A DNA stretch of 64,000 bases from contig NW_027117340.1 of assembly GCF_038025025.1 (NCBI RefSeq), forward strand, positions 2,418,001 to 2,482,000. Direction: 5' to 3'. Under the pieces are notes generated by a model, which made no database searches, had not been told where the DNA came from, and was given only the letters and a program-made list of their open reading frames with translations. This stretch comes from Phyllosticta citribraziliensis (Eukaryota). Both the position numbers and the translations under genes were made by a program. Shown piece by piece: positions 23,362-36,266 of the stretch (positions are counted from its first letter, which is position 1; each line of letters opens with the position of its first letter).

Positions 23362-26300
23362 ATGACACGTCCTACCATAATCAGAGCAGGTGAGACTCGA
23401 CCACATCATGTGCCGCGCCCGCTCCGCCCAGTCGCTCACGGTTTCGCGTCAGATACCATCGACCTGCAGGATCCAGGTTCGCCCTCGGCCTCAGACCACA
23501 GCCGGCAGCCAACACAACCCGCCCCCCTTGGCATTGGCCCAGCCGCTCCCCATCAAGCCGCCGCCGTCAAACACGTTGAAGAAGAGCGTCAAACGGAAGA
23601 GGACGACCTCGCCCACCAGTGGAACGGCGATCAAAATCACAACGGCGCCAACGGTAATCCGAACCACTTGGAACACGCTCCCGACCCCAACGACGACGCC
23701 GACATGGCAGACTCCGAGACGGAGGACATGGACGATGACATGCTGGACAAGATTTCCAGCTCTCCATCTATCGACGATGGTGGGTACTCTCTGAACTTCA
23801 CTTGCGCTTCTCCTACGTCTTCTCCACTCCGTCCTGCACTTTCAGCCCCTTCAGCCCCAGAATGGCCAACTCGCAGCACTTCATTGTCCGCAAAGTCTAC
23901 TACTTGCAATTCCCCGTCTTGTTCGACATCGACTGCTTCTGTCACGTCGCCCCCATCCGACTTTAGTTCTTCATCGCCCTTCACTTCAACGCCTGAACAT
24001 CTCCCGTTGGTTCTCCAGAAAGGAGAAATGGTTGGCCTCGGTGATGATGTGTTTTCTTCGCCGTATTTTTCTCCGCCTATGCATTTTCCCTTTCGCATGG
24101 GATTTCGCGCGCACAGATCGTCATCCAAGGATCATCATCATCATCATCATCATCTCGTCAATGTCACTCCAAGGGACCAGTCGGAATTCTCCTCACTGGG
24201 CAGGGATGCTCAACACCCCAGCTCACCCCCGCTCCCTTCGGAAGAGCAAGATTCTGGATCCAAGGAGAGCCTCAGCTATTCAGACGAAATGTCGGACAGC
24301 ATTGGCCCCCTCTATAGCGAGCAATGCCAGGATTTTGAAGACGATGAGAACGACGACGCCATGGTCTTTGACACACCCCGTCCACTGCCTCCAGTTCCAA
24401 CGCCAGACAGCATGGATGAGCTTGAATCCACATCAACCTTGAACGGCAAAGTCTCTCCTTCGGAAATCTCTGAGACGTCTCTCGAAATCATTGAACCTGG
24501 CTCGCCTGCCTCCTCGTCTGAAACTTGGCAAACCGACAGCTACGCGTCCAGCTGGAACGAACTTGACGACGATGATGATGATGCCCGCGACGATTTTTCT
24601 TTTCTTGACACCGAGCGCATCGACTCTGGATGGGGCGGAGAGTGCTTACGCGAAACAGAGGACATCGACTTCGAATTCGTCTACGCACTGCATACGTTCG
24701 TCGCAACCGTTGAGGGTCAGGCCAATGCCACCAAGGGAGACACGATGGTTCTGTTGGACGACAGCAACAGCTACTGGTGGCTGGTCAGAGTCGTCAAGGA
24801 CAGCAGCATCGGTTACCTTCCCGCCGAACACATCGAAACCCCGACTGAGCGTTTGGCTCGCCTGAATAAACACAGAAACATAGACGTAGGATCAAGGTTG
24901 AGGTATCGGCTGCATCTTGCTAACCGTTGTCACAGCTCGCGGCGGCGATGTTGGGCGACACGACTGAAAAATCCAAGAACCCGCTCAAAAAAGCAATGAG
25001 ACGACGCAATACGAAGACCGTACAGTTCACCGCCCCTACATATGTCGAAGCATCCGAATACGAGTATTCCACGGACGAAGAAGATGAAGACGATAGCGAA
25101 GTGTTTGGAAATGGTCATGTACACATCGAAGAAGCGCAAGAAGAAGATCACGACGACGACGCGATTGCGGTCGAGCCGCTCCGGATCGGCTCCAAGGACA
25201 AATCGGCCGACGACCTGGATGCGCTCAAGTCTGAAGAGGAAAGAATGGGCGACAAGTCTGAGGAGCAGAACGAGCGACTATGTCGGTCACCCACTACTAC
25301 TACCTTCAAGTCAATATTGGGGAAGCTAACAACACGAAAGTGGACGCCAAGGTCTCGCGGAACGGCACGCTCCGAAACACTGACTCCTTCTTCAAGGATG
25401 ATACTGTAGAAACGCGCAAGATTTCGCTGACGCCGAACCTCCTGAAGGACGATTCCTCTCCATCCACAACCAAATCCGTCGAAACCAGGGAGCGGGGACC
25501 GAGCTTGGATAGTCTTGAAAAGGAATTGAAATCCCCAGAACGAGTCAAGGACGACAAGAAGAAGAAGGAAAAGAAGCCGGGGATGCTCAGAGGTCTCTTT
25601 GGTCGCAAGGACAAGAAATCCAAGGGTTCAGAGTACGAGGCTGGTGAAGAGAAGCATTCCGGCGAGTTCTCGCGCGAGTCCTCGTCGAGGGATTCAGATG
25701 ATATTGGCTCGCCAAGAGAGTACACCAAGGCCGAATCAGAGTCCCCGCAAGCAAAAGAAAAGGCGAAAACTCCACCGAAAAAGCCCGAACCAAAGGTTAA
25801 TGGTCAACCGAAGCAGCCGGCTGCTGAAGTTAAACCCCTGCAGATCACGACGCCTGAGAAGGCGGCGGCCCACCAGAATGCAGCCGAAGCGACTATGCGT
25901 CTCGTGGAAGCGGAGCCTGAATCGAGGGAACCCGACTCTTCCGAAGCTTCACCACGCACACCTACAGATCAGGAGTCCCGCGCAAGAAGCGGTTCCAACA
26001 CGGCCAAGCAAGCGATATCGAACATGCTCCGGTCGAACAATACAGCCCAGTCGCCAGAGAACAAGATGCCGCCCCGTCAAAAAGTCATCAAGTCGAAACA
26101 ACGAGTACCCATGGACGATTTTGACTCGACACCAGAATACGAGACCACCGACCCTTTCGCGGACCCGGAGGAGGAGAAGCAGCAGCAACCTTCATCGTTG
26201 TTGGGCAAAGACGATGGCAAACTGACACAAACCAATGGCAAGCCGGAAATATCAATCGATACATCGCACCCTGACCATCCACCAGCACTTGTCGGCGACA

Positions 26301-26797
26301 CTTCCAGCCAGGATGAGCCAGACATCTCTCCCGTTTCTCCCTCAGGTTCCCCAACCCGCGGCAGGCATCCCAGCGGCCCGCCCTCCTCAACCAAAGTTTC
26401 TTCTCCGACCACCACGGGCCCGCCTCCTCGCGCTGCCCCTGCTGCCCCTGGAGCCATCAACACCAGTATTGTCCCCAGTCCGACACTATCTGGCCATTCG
26501 AGAGACCCTTCTTCTGCGGCAAGCCTACCTCCTTGGTCAGACGCATCCCTGCGATCGTACCTGGATGACGGCAGCGACATTAGAGACATGCTAGTCGTGG
26601 TACATGACACGAGCGGTGTTGTCCCCGTTGGCCCAGAACATCCAATCATGAGTGGTCTGTTCAAAGAAGAAAGAAGCAAAGTAGCACAGATGGGGACGCA
26701 GTTGGATTCTTTACTTGGCGACTGGTTGGGGCGCAAGCAAAAAGCTCGAGAACGAGCAACGAAAAGTCCACCCAACGCTCAACTCGGTAAAGTCTAG
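23362..26797 (+). CDS. tea4: SH3-domain polarity protein, Tea4/TeaC/Bud14 family; introns 23390-23452, 23780-24658 (optional exitron), 24886-24935, 25282-25340
   Basis: SH3 domain DIDFEFVYALHTFVATVEGQANATKGDTMVLLDDSNSYWWLVRVVKDSSIGYLPAEHIETPTERLARLNKHRN. Contains PP1-docking-like KTVQF and the C-terminal WSDASLRSYLDD...IRDMLVVVHD block. Confidence 0.88.
24131..24154 (+). repeat. (ATC)8 trinucleotide repeat encoding a His7 tract within the tea4 exitron
   Basis: ATCATCATCATCATCATCATCATC, in frame KDHHHHHHHL. Confidence 0.9.
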
Positions 26798-28814
26798 AGA
26801 CCGTTTTATTCACGTCTTGTTGGCGTTTGTTTGGCATACGGTCCTCGTTCTATTAGTCTCCGGCGGCGCTTTGGGAAAAGGGAGCTCACGCCCATTGGTA
26901 ACGCGCAGACGGAGGAGCGTTTTGATTTTCTTCTTCTGTTTCAGACTTTTGCCGCGCTGCGCTACTTTGCTGACTACAGTGCGCGCGGTCTTTTGATTTA
27001 ATGCTGTCTCTCAGCCTCTGCTGCCCTGCAACAGGAACGACGAAATGCGCTCTGCTGTTCCGGGGCCAAGTTTGGGCGGTCATCAACCCCCTTCGGATCC
27101 TCTCTTTTGATCCTTTCCTTTTATACGCTCTGCCTACTACCAACCTTTTCTCCTTTTCAAATTCTCACTTTCGTTTCTTCCTCCAAAAAGGACATCTTTT
27201 GGAACTGGCGTCCTCATTTGTCACCTGGCCCACGTTCCACGTAGTTTTTCTTTCTCTTCAAACTCCCCATGTACCACTGTATACACCACTCGCACCACCC
27301 TGTCGCCAGCTTAATTCTCTTTCCTTTTGTCTTTTTGATCTTGATCAAAACATTCACATACGTCGGACTCGACCTAGAGGAGGGAACCACTGGAGACTTG
27401 GGCGGGACGTGGAACTGATACGGCCGGCATCCTCACAGTATTGATGGTAGAAGGATACACACGCGTTCGCTGCTTTGCGTTCTTTGGTCGATGATGAGGG
27501 GGCGTTTCAACGATGCACAAGGACACCCCCTTTTTCTCTTTCTTTTCTCCTTTTCTTCTTCGTCTACTTCTGTTTGCCACCACCTTGACGAAGGCATGAC
27601 ATGTATACCCTTGACACCTTTTTTGATTTTACTTCTTACCTTATCTGTTCGTTCCTCTTAATGTTGAATTCTGTACCGTACCGCACCCCCGAGTCGAGTC
27701 GGTCAGGCAAACAGGTGGTGGATGGGAGACCAGCGAGCGTTGTGTTATTCCTACCTCTTTTCTTCTTTCCCTTTCGTCGTCCGTCTTTGCTCGCTTTTTG
27801 TCCGGTGGGCCCTGTAGTTGTTCCTCGTCGCAAGCGTTGAAGCGCGGAGTAGTGGCAGATTACATATGCAAAGCTGGGATGGGAGCAGGCAGTAGCAGCA
27901 GCAGTGGTAGCCTGCGGTAGCGGTAGTGTCAGGCTGTCGTAGCAGGCGAAGCCAGTGGCCAATCCACCACATCAATACACTTAATGATTGAAGATGGGAC
28001 TTCCCTTGTGCATGATGCCTTCTCTGCATTGTAAGTCCAGCTCGCTCTAGCAGACGCTGCGTTGGGTGGCGGCGGCGCCTACCTAGGAGGGAGGCGCTAG
28101 TTGGTCGTGCAGCGGATACGCGCAGGTAGTGGGTACGAGGTTGGATGTATTCCTGCCTGTCTGTGTGTACTTGGAGCAAATGGGTTACTGTAGTTACCTT
28201 AGGTACATCGTAGGAAAGCGCGTACAAATGTGAGCGGCCAGCTTGGACGACTTCCGTTGCTAGACCACCAACTGAAATGCATTACACAAATGCAGGGCCC
28301 ATCCAAGAAGAGATCGAATAAATGCGGGCATTCTTGTCTGCCTGTGCGTCTGTCCAAGTGTCCGTTCGTGTCTCGCGTTTTTGTACACCTTGAACACCAG
28401 ACCAACCCTGCTCGCCATGACTCGCCTTCGTGTCATCATGCTTGCTAAACAGCCAACAGCAAGAAAGAACAGGAAATGAGGCAAGTGCCATAAACCAAGT
28501 CACTCACTGCTCCCTGGAGGCTCCCTGGAGAAATATCTGAAAAGGGGTTCATGTTCAGGTCGTGGAAAAGAAAGAAAGAAAAGGGCTCCGAAACGCCTGT
28601 GCCTGCCCCATGTGCAGCCAGTCCCAGCTACAATGTAGTCGTGCATCATGCCTTGACCCCATAGCCCCATGCCCCATGCCCTATATATGATGTCTACCTC
28701 TTTCCCAGTCGCCGAGTATTGACAAAGAACACTCCCCAATGCGCCAGCAGCCGTAGCCATATTCTCACACGCACACAGCCTGTACGTTCGCACACGCCCA
28801 ATACACGTCGTCGA

Positions 28815-30000
28815 CTAGCTTTGCCGCTGCCGTCGGGGTTGCGTTGCGGCGCCCTTTTTGAGCAGCAGCGGAATGACGTCGCTTGCCTTTGTTCGGTTCA
28901 GCGTCTTCCGGCACACGGGGCACTGTGACCGCTTGGGCCCGTCGTAGCCCGCGCGGTTCTCGCCGGCTATCAGGGCCTCCATGAGGCAGGTGTGGCAGAA
29001 GACGTGACCTGGGGCGCTTTGTAAGCCTCGCAGCCTTTGACATTCAGGGGGAGATACTATGGGGGGTTGGCCTACCGCACGCAGTGGCTGTGATGTCCTT
29101 GGGCGAGTCCATGCATATCACGCACGTAATATTGGACAGGCGCAGCGGTGCATCGGCCGGTGGTCGTTCTGCCTGTGCCTTGACTTGCTCCACCCGCTGC
29201 TTCTGCAACGCTTCGGCCAGCGATGTCTTGTCGTCTGCCAGGTCAATGTGCTCAATCTCGGACACGTCTGGCGTGTTGTGGCTGTTTGTATTCAGCGTCC
29301 CCGTAGTGAGGCCCGACCGAGACGAGTCGCCCCTGCTGGCCCTTCTTTGCGGCATGCTTGCGCTGTTCAGCCGCGGCCGCTTGCGTGACGGTCCTGACGA
29401 TGATTCGGGCGTGGTTCGTGAAGACGACGTCGACGCGGCGGCCGCCCGCGAGCGCTTCGTGGTTGAGGGCATGTTTGTTTCGCTGAGTTCGGCAAAGTCG
29501 GAGAGGCGACTTATGGTAGAGCGTTCTTGGGACAGAGGGGGAGTCGCTTCCTCGCGGGTGAGGTCGACGTAACCAGGGCTCCTGCGGCTCTGCCGACGCG
29601 GCATGTAGGGTTGGTCCTCTTCGGCACCAAAATCTTCGTACTCTGGGTCTAGGTCTTGGTCGTCGAAGTCGTCTGGGTACAAGGCGAACCACCCGTGGTC
29701 TTCAGAGTCCAAAGATTCGTTGCCGCCGCGGCTAAAGGACTGAGGGTGATGTGGTGTGGAGGGAGCGGCGGAGGGTTGGCGATCGAACCAGTTGAGTTCA
29801 CCCGTATTTGGGGAGATGCCTCTCGCGACTCTCGAGAAATAATCGAATGGAGGTAATAAGGGGTTGTCGTCGTCAAAGTCGTCAAGATGGGGCAAAGGCT
29901 GTGGCCAGTTGTTGGTGAGATCGGGTCCAGACGGGCGCGGACTGTCGGAGTGGTGGTGGAGGTGGTGGTTGTAGCGGCGGTCGTAGTTCGCTGACGACAT
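28815..30000 (-). CDS. C3HC4 RING E3 ligase with SUMO-interacting-like motifs (Slx8/Rfp/RNF4-like); intron 29009-29075
   Basis: Spliced RING CVICMDSPKDITATACG|HVFCHTCLMEAL...CPVCRK, stop TAG at 28817-28815. N-terminal disordered region carries YVDLT and IEHIDLAD motifs. Confidence 0.82.
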
Positions 30001-30307
30001 GGTGAGGCAACAATCAACAATGGGTCGTGGTCCGTTTGTTTATGGGCTGCTCGCACTTCGTTCTCTCCCGTCCAGCACTGAACTGAAGTGGCTGGCGCAA
30101 AGCCAATTCAAGGGTGCGGTGGATCCTTGCGGCAAATCACTCGTGCTGACTGATGAGGTAACCAGCTACCTTGCCGATGCGCTGCGACGCAAAACTAAAT
30201 TGCTCCCTCCGCTTTGCGCTGCTTCGTCTTCGTCCATATTCCACCGACGACAACAACATCTACCAATTCCCAGGACCATGAAGTGACGGCCATCTCCGCT
30301 TCGCCAT

Positions 30308-33300
30308 ATGATGAGAATTCAGTATCGTGGCGCCACTGTCGTCAAGCCCGCAACCCTCCGCGCGCCGCGAGCGCTGTCTGCGCGTCACGCCACTCCTCTG
30401 CCATGTCTCGTTCGGAGATGGTATGCGCAGGCTGCTCAATCGCCCGAGCAGCCTCGCGAGCGCAGGAATAGCCTTCTCGGTAAAGAGCTTTTGCTCCCAT
30501 CGCACCAATCCCCGCGCTGACTCTGTCCAGTACCATCCGAAGCCCGCTTCAACGAGATAGGCATCCAGCAGCTCAGTAGCAATGTTCACCCGCAAATATT
30601 TTCGTCAGGACAGCCGCGACCGTCGCAAGAGCTCATAGACCTCGCAAAAGACCACCTCACCAGACATGAACTGCTCGGAAAAAACCAAGACTCGACACCA
30701 CCCGTTGGCTTGGAGCTGCCGCCACTCAACGGCAAGACTTTGGACGAGCATTTTCATAAAATCGGAATGGACGTCGCGGAACCATATCTTTCTCTGGCAA
30801 AGGAATACATTCGCGCCAATGCTCCTCCAAAGCCCCGAAAATGGGTTCGCCGGAGTGGATGGACGAAATACTACTCGGACGGATCGTCGGAGGCCGTAAA
30901 TGCGCCGAATGAGTCTCTGCTGACTTTCGACACCGAAGTCATGTACAAGGAAACTTCGTATGCCTGCATGGCCTGTGCCGCGAGTCCCACTGCGTGGTAT
31001 GCCTGGATATCACCTTGGTTGCTCGAGGAGAGCGAATCTGACGGCCACCTGATACCGTTGGGAGACCCGGACAAGCCAAAACTCGTCGTGGGACACAACA
31101 TCGGCTACGATAGAGCAAGGATAGCGGAGGAATATTCGTTGCTGCAATCCAAGACCTTTTTCATGGACACCATGTCATTACATGTTGCAGTGAATGGCAT
31201 GTGTTCACGACAAAGACCGAAATGGGTGAAGCACCGGAAAGAAAGAGATTTACGGGACAAGATTGCCAGTTCTGACGAGAATGTCGACCTGAACTCGCTG
31301 CTGCAGTCGGGCAAGCTCAGCGACGAAGAGGAGGAACTCTGGATTGGGAGGAGCTCGATCAACTCGTTGCGGGACGTGGCCAAATTCCACTGTGACATCA
31401 CCATCGACAAGGCCAGGAGGGAGTATTTCGGAGAGCTCGATCGCCAGGGAATCCGGGAAAAATTGGACGAGCTGCTGGACTACTGTGCTGCCGACGTCGA
31501 AATCACGCATCGAGTGTACAAAAAGGTGTTTCCGCTGTTTATCGAGCTATGTCCCCACCCGGTCAGCTTCGCCGCGATCCGGTTCATCGCCCAGGAAATC
31601 CTACCCATCAACGAATCCTGGAACGAATATCTCGAAAATGCAGAGGGCACGTACCAAAAGATGTCGGAAGGGGTCCAACAGCGTCTGGTCGATTTGGCGC
31701 ACAAAGCTTTGGAATCCAAGGACGATCCAGACCATTACAACAACGACCCTTGGTTGAGCCAGCTGGACTGGTCTGGTCAGGAGATCAAGATGGTGAAGGG
31801 AAAGAAAAAGAGCGACCCTCCCAGGCCGTCGGCCAGCCAAAAAATGCCTGGTATGCCCAAATGGTACAAGGACCTATACCCCAAGGCCAAGGGCCCGATA
31901 AACTTGACGACCCGAACACGAGTCTCGCCAATAATGCTGCGCCTCTCATGGGACGGATTTCCTCTTGTTTGGTCGGACAAATACGGCTGGACCTATCGTG
32001 TTCCCAACGAGACGCCGCTGAGCGATGAAATGAAGGCGGCAGTGTGTGACATGCATGAAGAGGAGGATCTCAAGCTTCGAGACGATCGGGCAAATGTATA
32101 CCTCAAGGTGCCCCACAAAGACGGACCAACAGCGCGCTGTACCAATCCCATGGCAAAGGGCTATCTGCAGTATTTTGAGAATGGCAGATTGACATCTGCA
32201 TATGCCTACGCCAAGGAAGCTTTGTCCATGAATGCCTCCTGCTCATATTGGATAAGCGCTCGGGAGAGGATCAAGTCGCAGATGGCTGTTCTTGAGGGAG
32301 ATGCCCATCTCAATGGCGAAGCTGTTGTGCCTTCTGCTGAAGGAGTCGAAAAGAGAGACGGAGACAAGAAAATTGGATACATCCTTCCCCAAGTCATACC
32401 CATGGGCACCATCACCCGCCGGTCCGTCGAAAACACATGGTTGACAGCCAGCAATGCCAAGAAGAACAGAGTTGGATCCGAGCTGAAGGCCATGGTCAAG
32501 GCCCCGCCCGGCTACGTCTTTGTCGGTGCCGATGTAGATTCCGAAGAGCTCTGGATTGCCAGTCTTGTCGGAGATGCTCAGTTCAAGCTCCATGGCGGCA
32601 ACGCCATTGGCTTCATGACGCTGGAGGGCACCAAGTCGGCTGGAACAGATTTACACTCGAGAACCGCTTCGATTTTGGGCATCTCCAGGAACGATGCCAA
32701 AATCTTCAACTATGGACGTATCTACGGAGCAGGTCTCAAATTCGCAGCCCAACTCCTCCGCCAATTCAACCCAAGCCTGACTGAAGCTCAAACAACGGAG
32801 ACTGCGTCTAAACTCTACCAGGAAACCAAGGGCAAGAAAACACTACGAAAGATTCTTCTGGATCGCGGATTCTGGAGAGGAGGCACCGAATCGTTTGTGT
32901 TCAACAAGCTTGAAGACTTTGCTGAACAAGAACAACCCCGCACCCCTGTGCTTGGAGCCGGCATTACGGAGGCCCTGATGAAGCGATTCCTGAGCAAGGG
33001 AGGCTTCATTACCAGCCGCATCAATTGGGCCATTCAGTCCAGCGGTGTCGATTATCTGCATCTGCTGATCGTAGGCATGGACTTTCTCACACGCCGCTAC
33101 AACATCCAGGCCAGACTGGCCATCACCGTACACGATGAAATCAGATATCTTGTAAAGGAAGAAGACAAGTATCGAGCTGCCATGGCCTTGCAAGTCGCCA
33201 ACCTTTGGACGCGCGCCATGTTCAGCCAACAAGTGGGCATCGACGACTTGCCACAGTCTTGCGCCTTCTTCTCCGCCGTCGACATTGACCACGTCCTTCG

Positions 33301-33856
33301 TAAAGAGGTTGACCTAGACTGCGTCACGCCATCGCACCCCAATCCCATCCCCGCTGGTGAAAGCATCGACATTGAAGGCCTCCTCGCAAAGGGCGATGCC
33401 GCATACCTCGACCCGCTCATCCAACCTCTCCCAAATCAAGCACCCAATCCCGAAAAGTACACCTACACGCCCCGAACGCCCGTCATGGAGACACTGAACA
33501 AGAACATCAACATGTCGCTCCTCAAGGCGCAAATCACATCCGACGACAACGAGCTCAAGGAAATCATCAGGGAAGTCCGCCCCCCGCCAGCACCGCGCGT
33601 CAAGCGGATTGGCACCGGCGCAGGCGTGCTGGGCGACGGCAACAGCAAGTCCGCTGGGGCCAAAGCGCCGCCCAAGCCGCACTACCCCCCGCAGAGCGCC
33701 AACCTGATAGAGACGGACGAGTTTAACGGCAAGTCGTTTGTCAATCTCTATGACCGCAAGGTCAGGGGCACCCCGGGGTCGTCACAGTACCACTGGCCGA
33801 ACCGCTTCGACAAGTCGGGAGGAGCTGGGTCGCGGAATTGGCAGGGTCGTGTGTAA
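30308..33856 (+). CDS. MIP1: Mitochondrial DNA polymerase gamma; exon 1 30308-30479, intron 30480-30530
   Basis: Arg-rich presequence, then ARFNEIGIQQLS. Exonuclease motifs FDTE, GHNIGYDRARI, YCAAD; polymerase motifs VGADVDSEELW, RNDAKIFNYGRIYGAG, ITVHDEIRYL. Confidence 0.97.
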
Positions 33857-34636
33857 CTTGTCTTGTGCAGTACATGTACGGAATCTTGTCAAAAATAGGT
33901 ATCTCCTTTGGAACGGCAAAAGTCGGGTACGGGACGGCTTTATGGGGTCAGGATTTTCTTTCAGGCGCAGCGTTGGGTTTGGCTTTTGGCATGAGCGTCA
34001 CGGCGAAGGGAACAAGGGCGAGGTCGGATTCTGTCGTTTTCATCCACTGTGATTCTTTCGACGCGTTTTCCTTGGGAAGTTGTGGTTGATCTTCACTTTC
34101 TTCTCCTCACGGCCGCAGTCCTTTCTTTGTTGTATTTTGTTGTTGTATTAAGCCATGACTTTCTTCCACAGTACAAAGCGACGGCGTGTGCCCCGTTTGT
34201 ATGTCTTCTCTTGTTTGCAGATACCTGTTGATGGTAAATCGGCGCGCATGTCAAATCAATTCCTTTTCCAGATATTGATACCATCTATTTGCGCCTGCTG
34301 GGCCAGGCGTTGCCACGATCATCGTAATCCATAGTCACTCGACGATAACTGTGGCCTATCGATGCCTTGCAGAACACTGGTAAGCTCGAATCTGTCGACT
34401 ACTACAAATACGATTCAGAGTTCTACATGCCCTTATCGCCCAATCAAGTTTGTTCCTACGACGCCAGTCCACAGTCCAGGTGCGGATTTGATCGAGGAAA
34501 GTGATGGAGGAAAGTGATGGAGGAAGTGCTGTCTAACGACCCATAAACACCTACATGCTGGACCCAGCCGCGCAGAATGCTGTATCCATGCGTGTTCCCA
34601 CGCACATCTATGTCAAGCTCTATCCCGAATGCTCCT

Positions 34637-36011
34637 TTAAGACCAGGAAATCCTGTGCGTCCGTGTCAGTCTTACTTCTCGCATCCGGAAGAAGTAACAG
34701 AAAGAAAGTTTGTAACTTACGCAAGCATGATACCAGCGCCGGCGGCAATGGCCACGAACTGCGTCAGAGTCTTGCGAGTCTCTTCAGCCTTTTTCGGTCC
34801 CGTCTCCAGCATCTCAGGTATGACAGCAACAGTGCCGACGTAGAGAAAAGTACCCGCGGTGAAGGGGAGCAGCATGTCGCCCCACCTCAGACTAGTCCCC
34901 AAGAGACCTGGACCGTCCGTGTCCGCCAAAACACCGGAGGAGCTGCCTCCGATTTCCTGCACTGCTATGCCAATGACTGTTCCGAGGAAGGCACCGACTG
35001 CGGTGACAAATTGGGCGCCCATGGCTGCGCGCTTGCTGAAGCCTGACTGCACGAGCAGCGCAAAGTCGCCGACCTCGTGTGGGATCTCGTGGAAGAAGAC
35101 GGCGACGGTCGTGGTGGCTCCAATCGTTGGGGATGCATAGAAGCTACTAGAGAGAGCCAGGCCATCGGTGATGTTGTGTGTAAAGTCGGCGATCAGGTTG
35201 AGGTACCCTCCAAGTTTCACGCTAGTGGAGGGTTCCTCTTTGGGCGGAGGATAGGCCTGTTGAACCGCAGAAGAAGTTGGTTTGCGAGACTGGACGTTGG
35301 AAGTGTCAGGCTTGTCCACGCTGCTAGATGTCGCCGTGGAGTCCTCATCCTTCTTCTCAGATGAATGATTGTGGCCATGGGAGTGATCGTGCGGGTCCTG
35401 GCCGCCAGTCGCGATACGCAAAGCCTTGTCCATTGCTACGAACGTCATGAAGCCAACCATGATGGCCACGCCCAGAAGCAAGTTCTTGTTTGGCTCGACC
35501 AGAACAAACTTTACTTTGTCGACTTCATCCTCTCCCAGAAAGATCTCGGGCAGGAGATGGAACAACGTGTCGCCCATCAGCCCACCCACGGCAAAGGCAA
35601 CCATGACGCTGAGCGACGAGGGGTCGATGTTTGGTGGGCATAGTGCCAGCAAAAAGTTTGGCGGCCCAGAAATGTATAGTGTAGCAAGCAGCGCATTGAC
35701 AGCTGGACTGCCGGGGAAGAGGACGCCAAAGATGCGTGACGTCAGGCTGCCCGTGGAGGGATTCGAGGCGATTTTCTGGGCGTTGAGGTCCTGGACAATG
35801 GGGCATTCCTAGGGAGAGCTGGTTAGCAATTCCGCCATACTGTCAATAACGGCATTGGGAAGCAGAATGGTACCTGCAGCTGCTCTTCGATGTGTCCCGC
35901 AGTCAGGATCCCAGCAGACGCTCGGTCATGCTCCGAGGCGGCGGCATTGACGTAGCAGGCCAGAGAGGCCGCCAGAAGAGCGCCCGCGATGAATGACCGG
36001 CGTATCGACAT
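34637..36011 (-). CDS. YKE4: ZIP-family zinc transporter, Yke4/ZIP7(Catsup)-like; exons 36011-35874, 35808-34721, 34652-34637
   Basis: Signal peptide, then MVAFAVGGLMGDTLFHLLPEIF, His-rich loop HDHSHGHNHS, YLNLIADFTHNITDGLA and FFHEIPHEVGDFALL. Canonical introns; the last exon gives ISWS-stop. Confidence 0.93.
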
Positions 36012-36266
36012 TGGGAAGAAGCGAGAGGGAGAGAGAGGAAGAAGTAAGCCCGGATACCTCACGAACGACTTCCCATGGGTCCGTTATCGCGCAGCGGGCC
36101 CTTGAGCTGGTAAAAGGGCCAGCGGGCGTCGGACATACGAGCAAGGGCGCGTGCTGCACCTTAGGTAATTACCGCTATCGATAAGCGACTGGCCGCTGGC
36201 GGTGCGAGAAAAGTTCCCGGCTCAGGGCGTCAAGTCTCCACTCGACCAAGACCAACAACAGAAGCC

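Noticed and set aside
30710..30712. ORF-track start of Pol gamma at 30710
   Set aside because: It is a TTG inside exon 2. The conserved RFNEIG segment and presequence lie upstream via intron 30480-30530.
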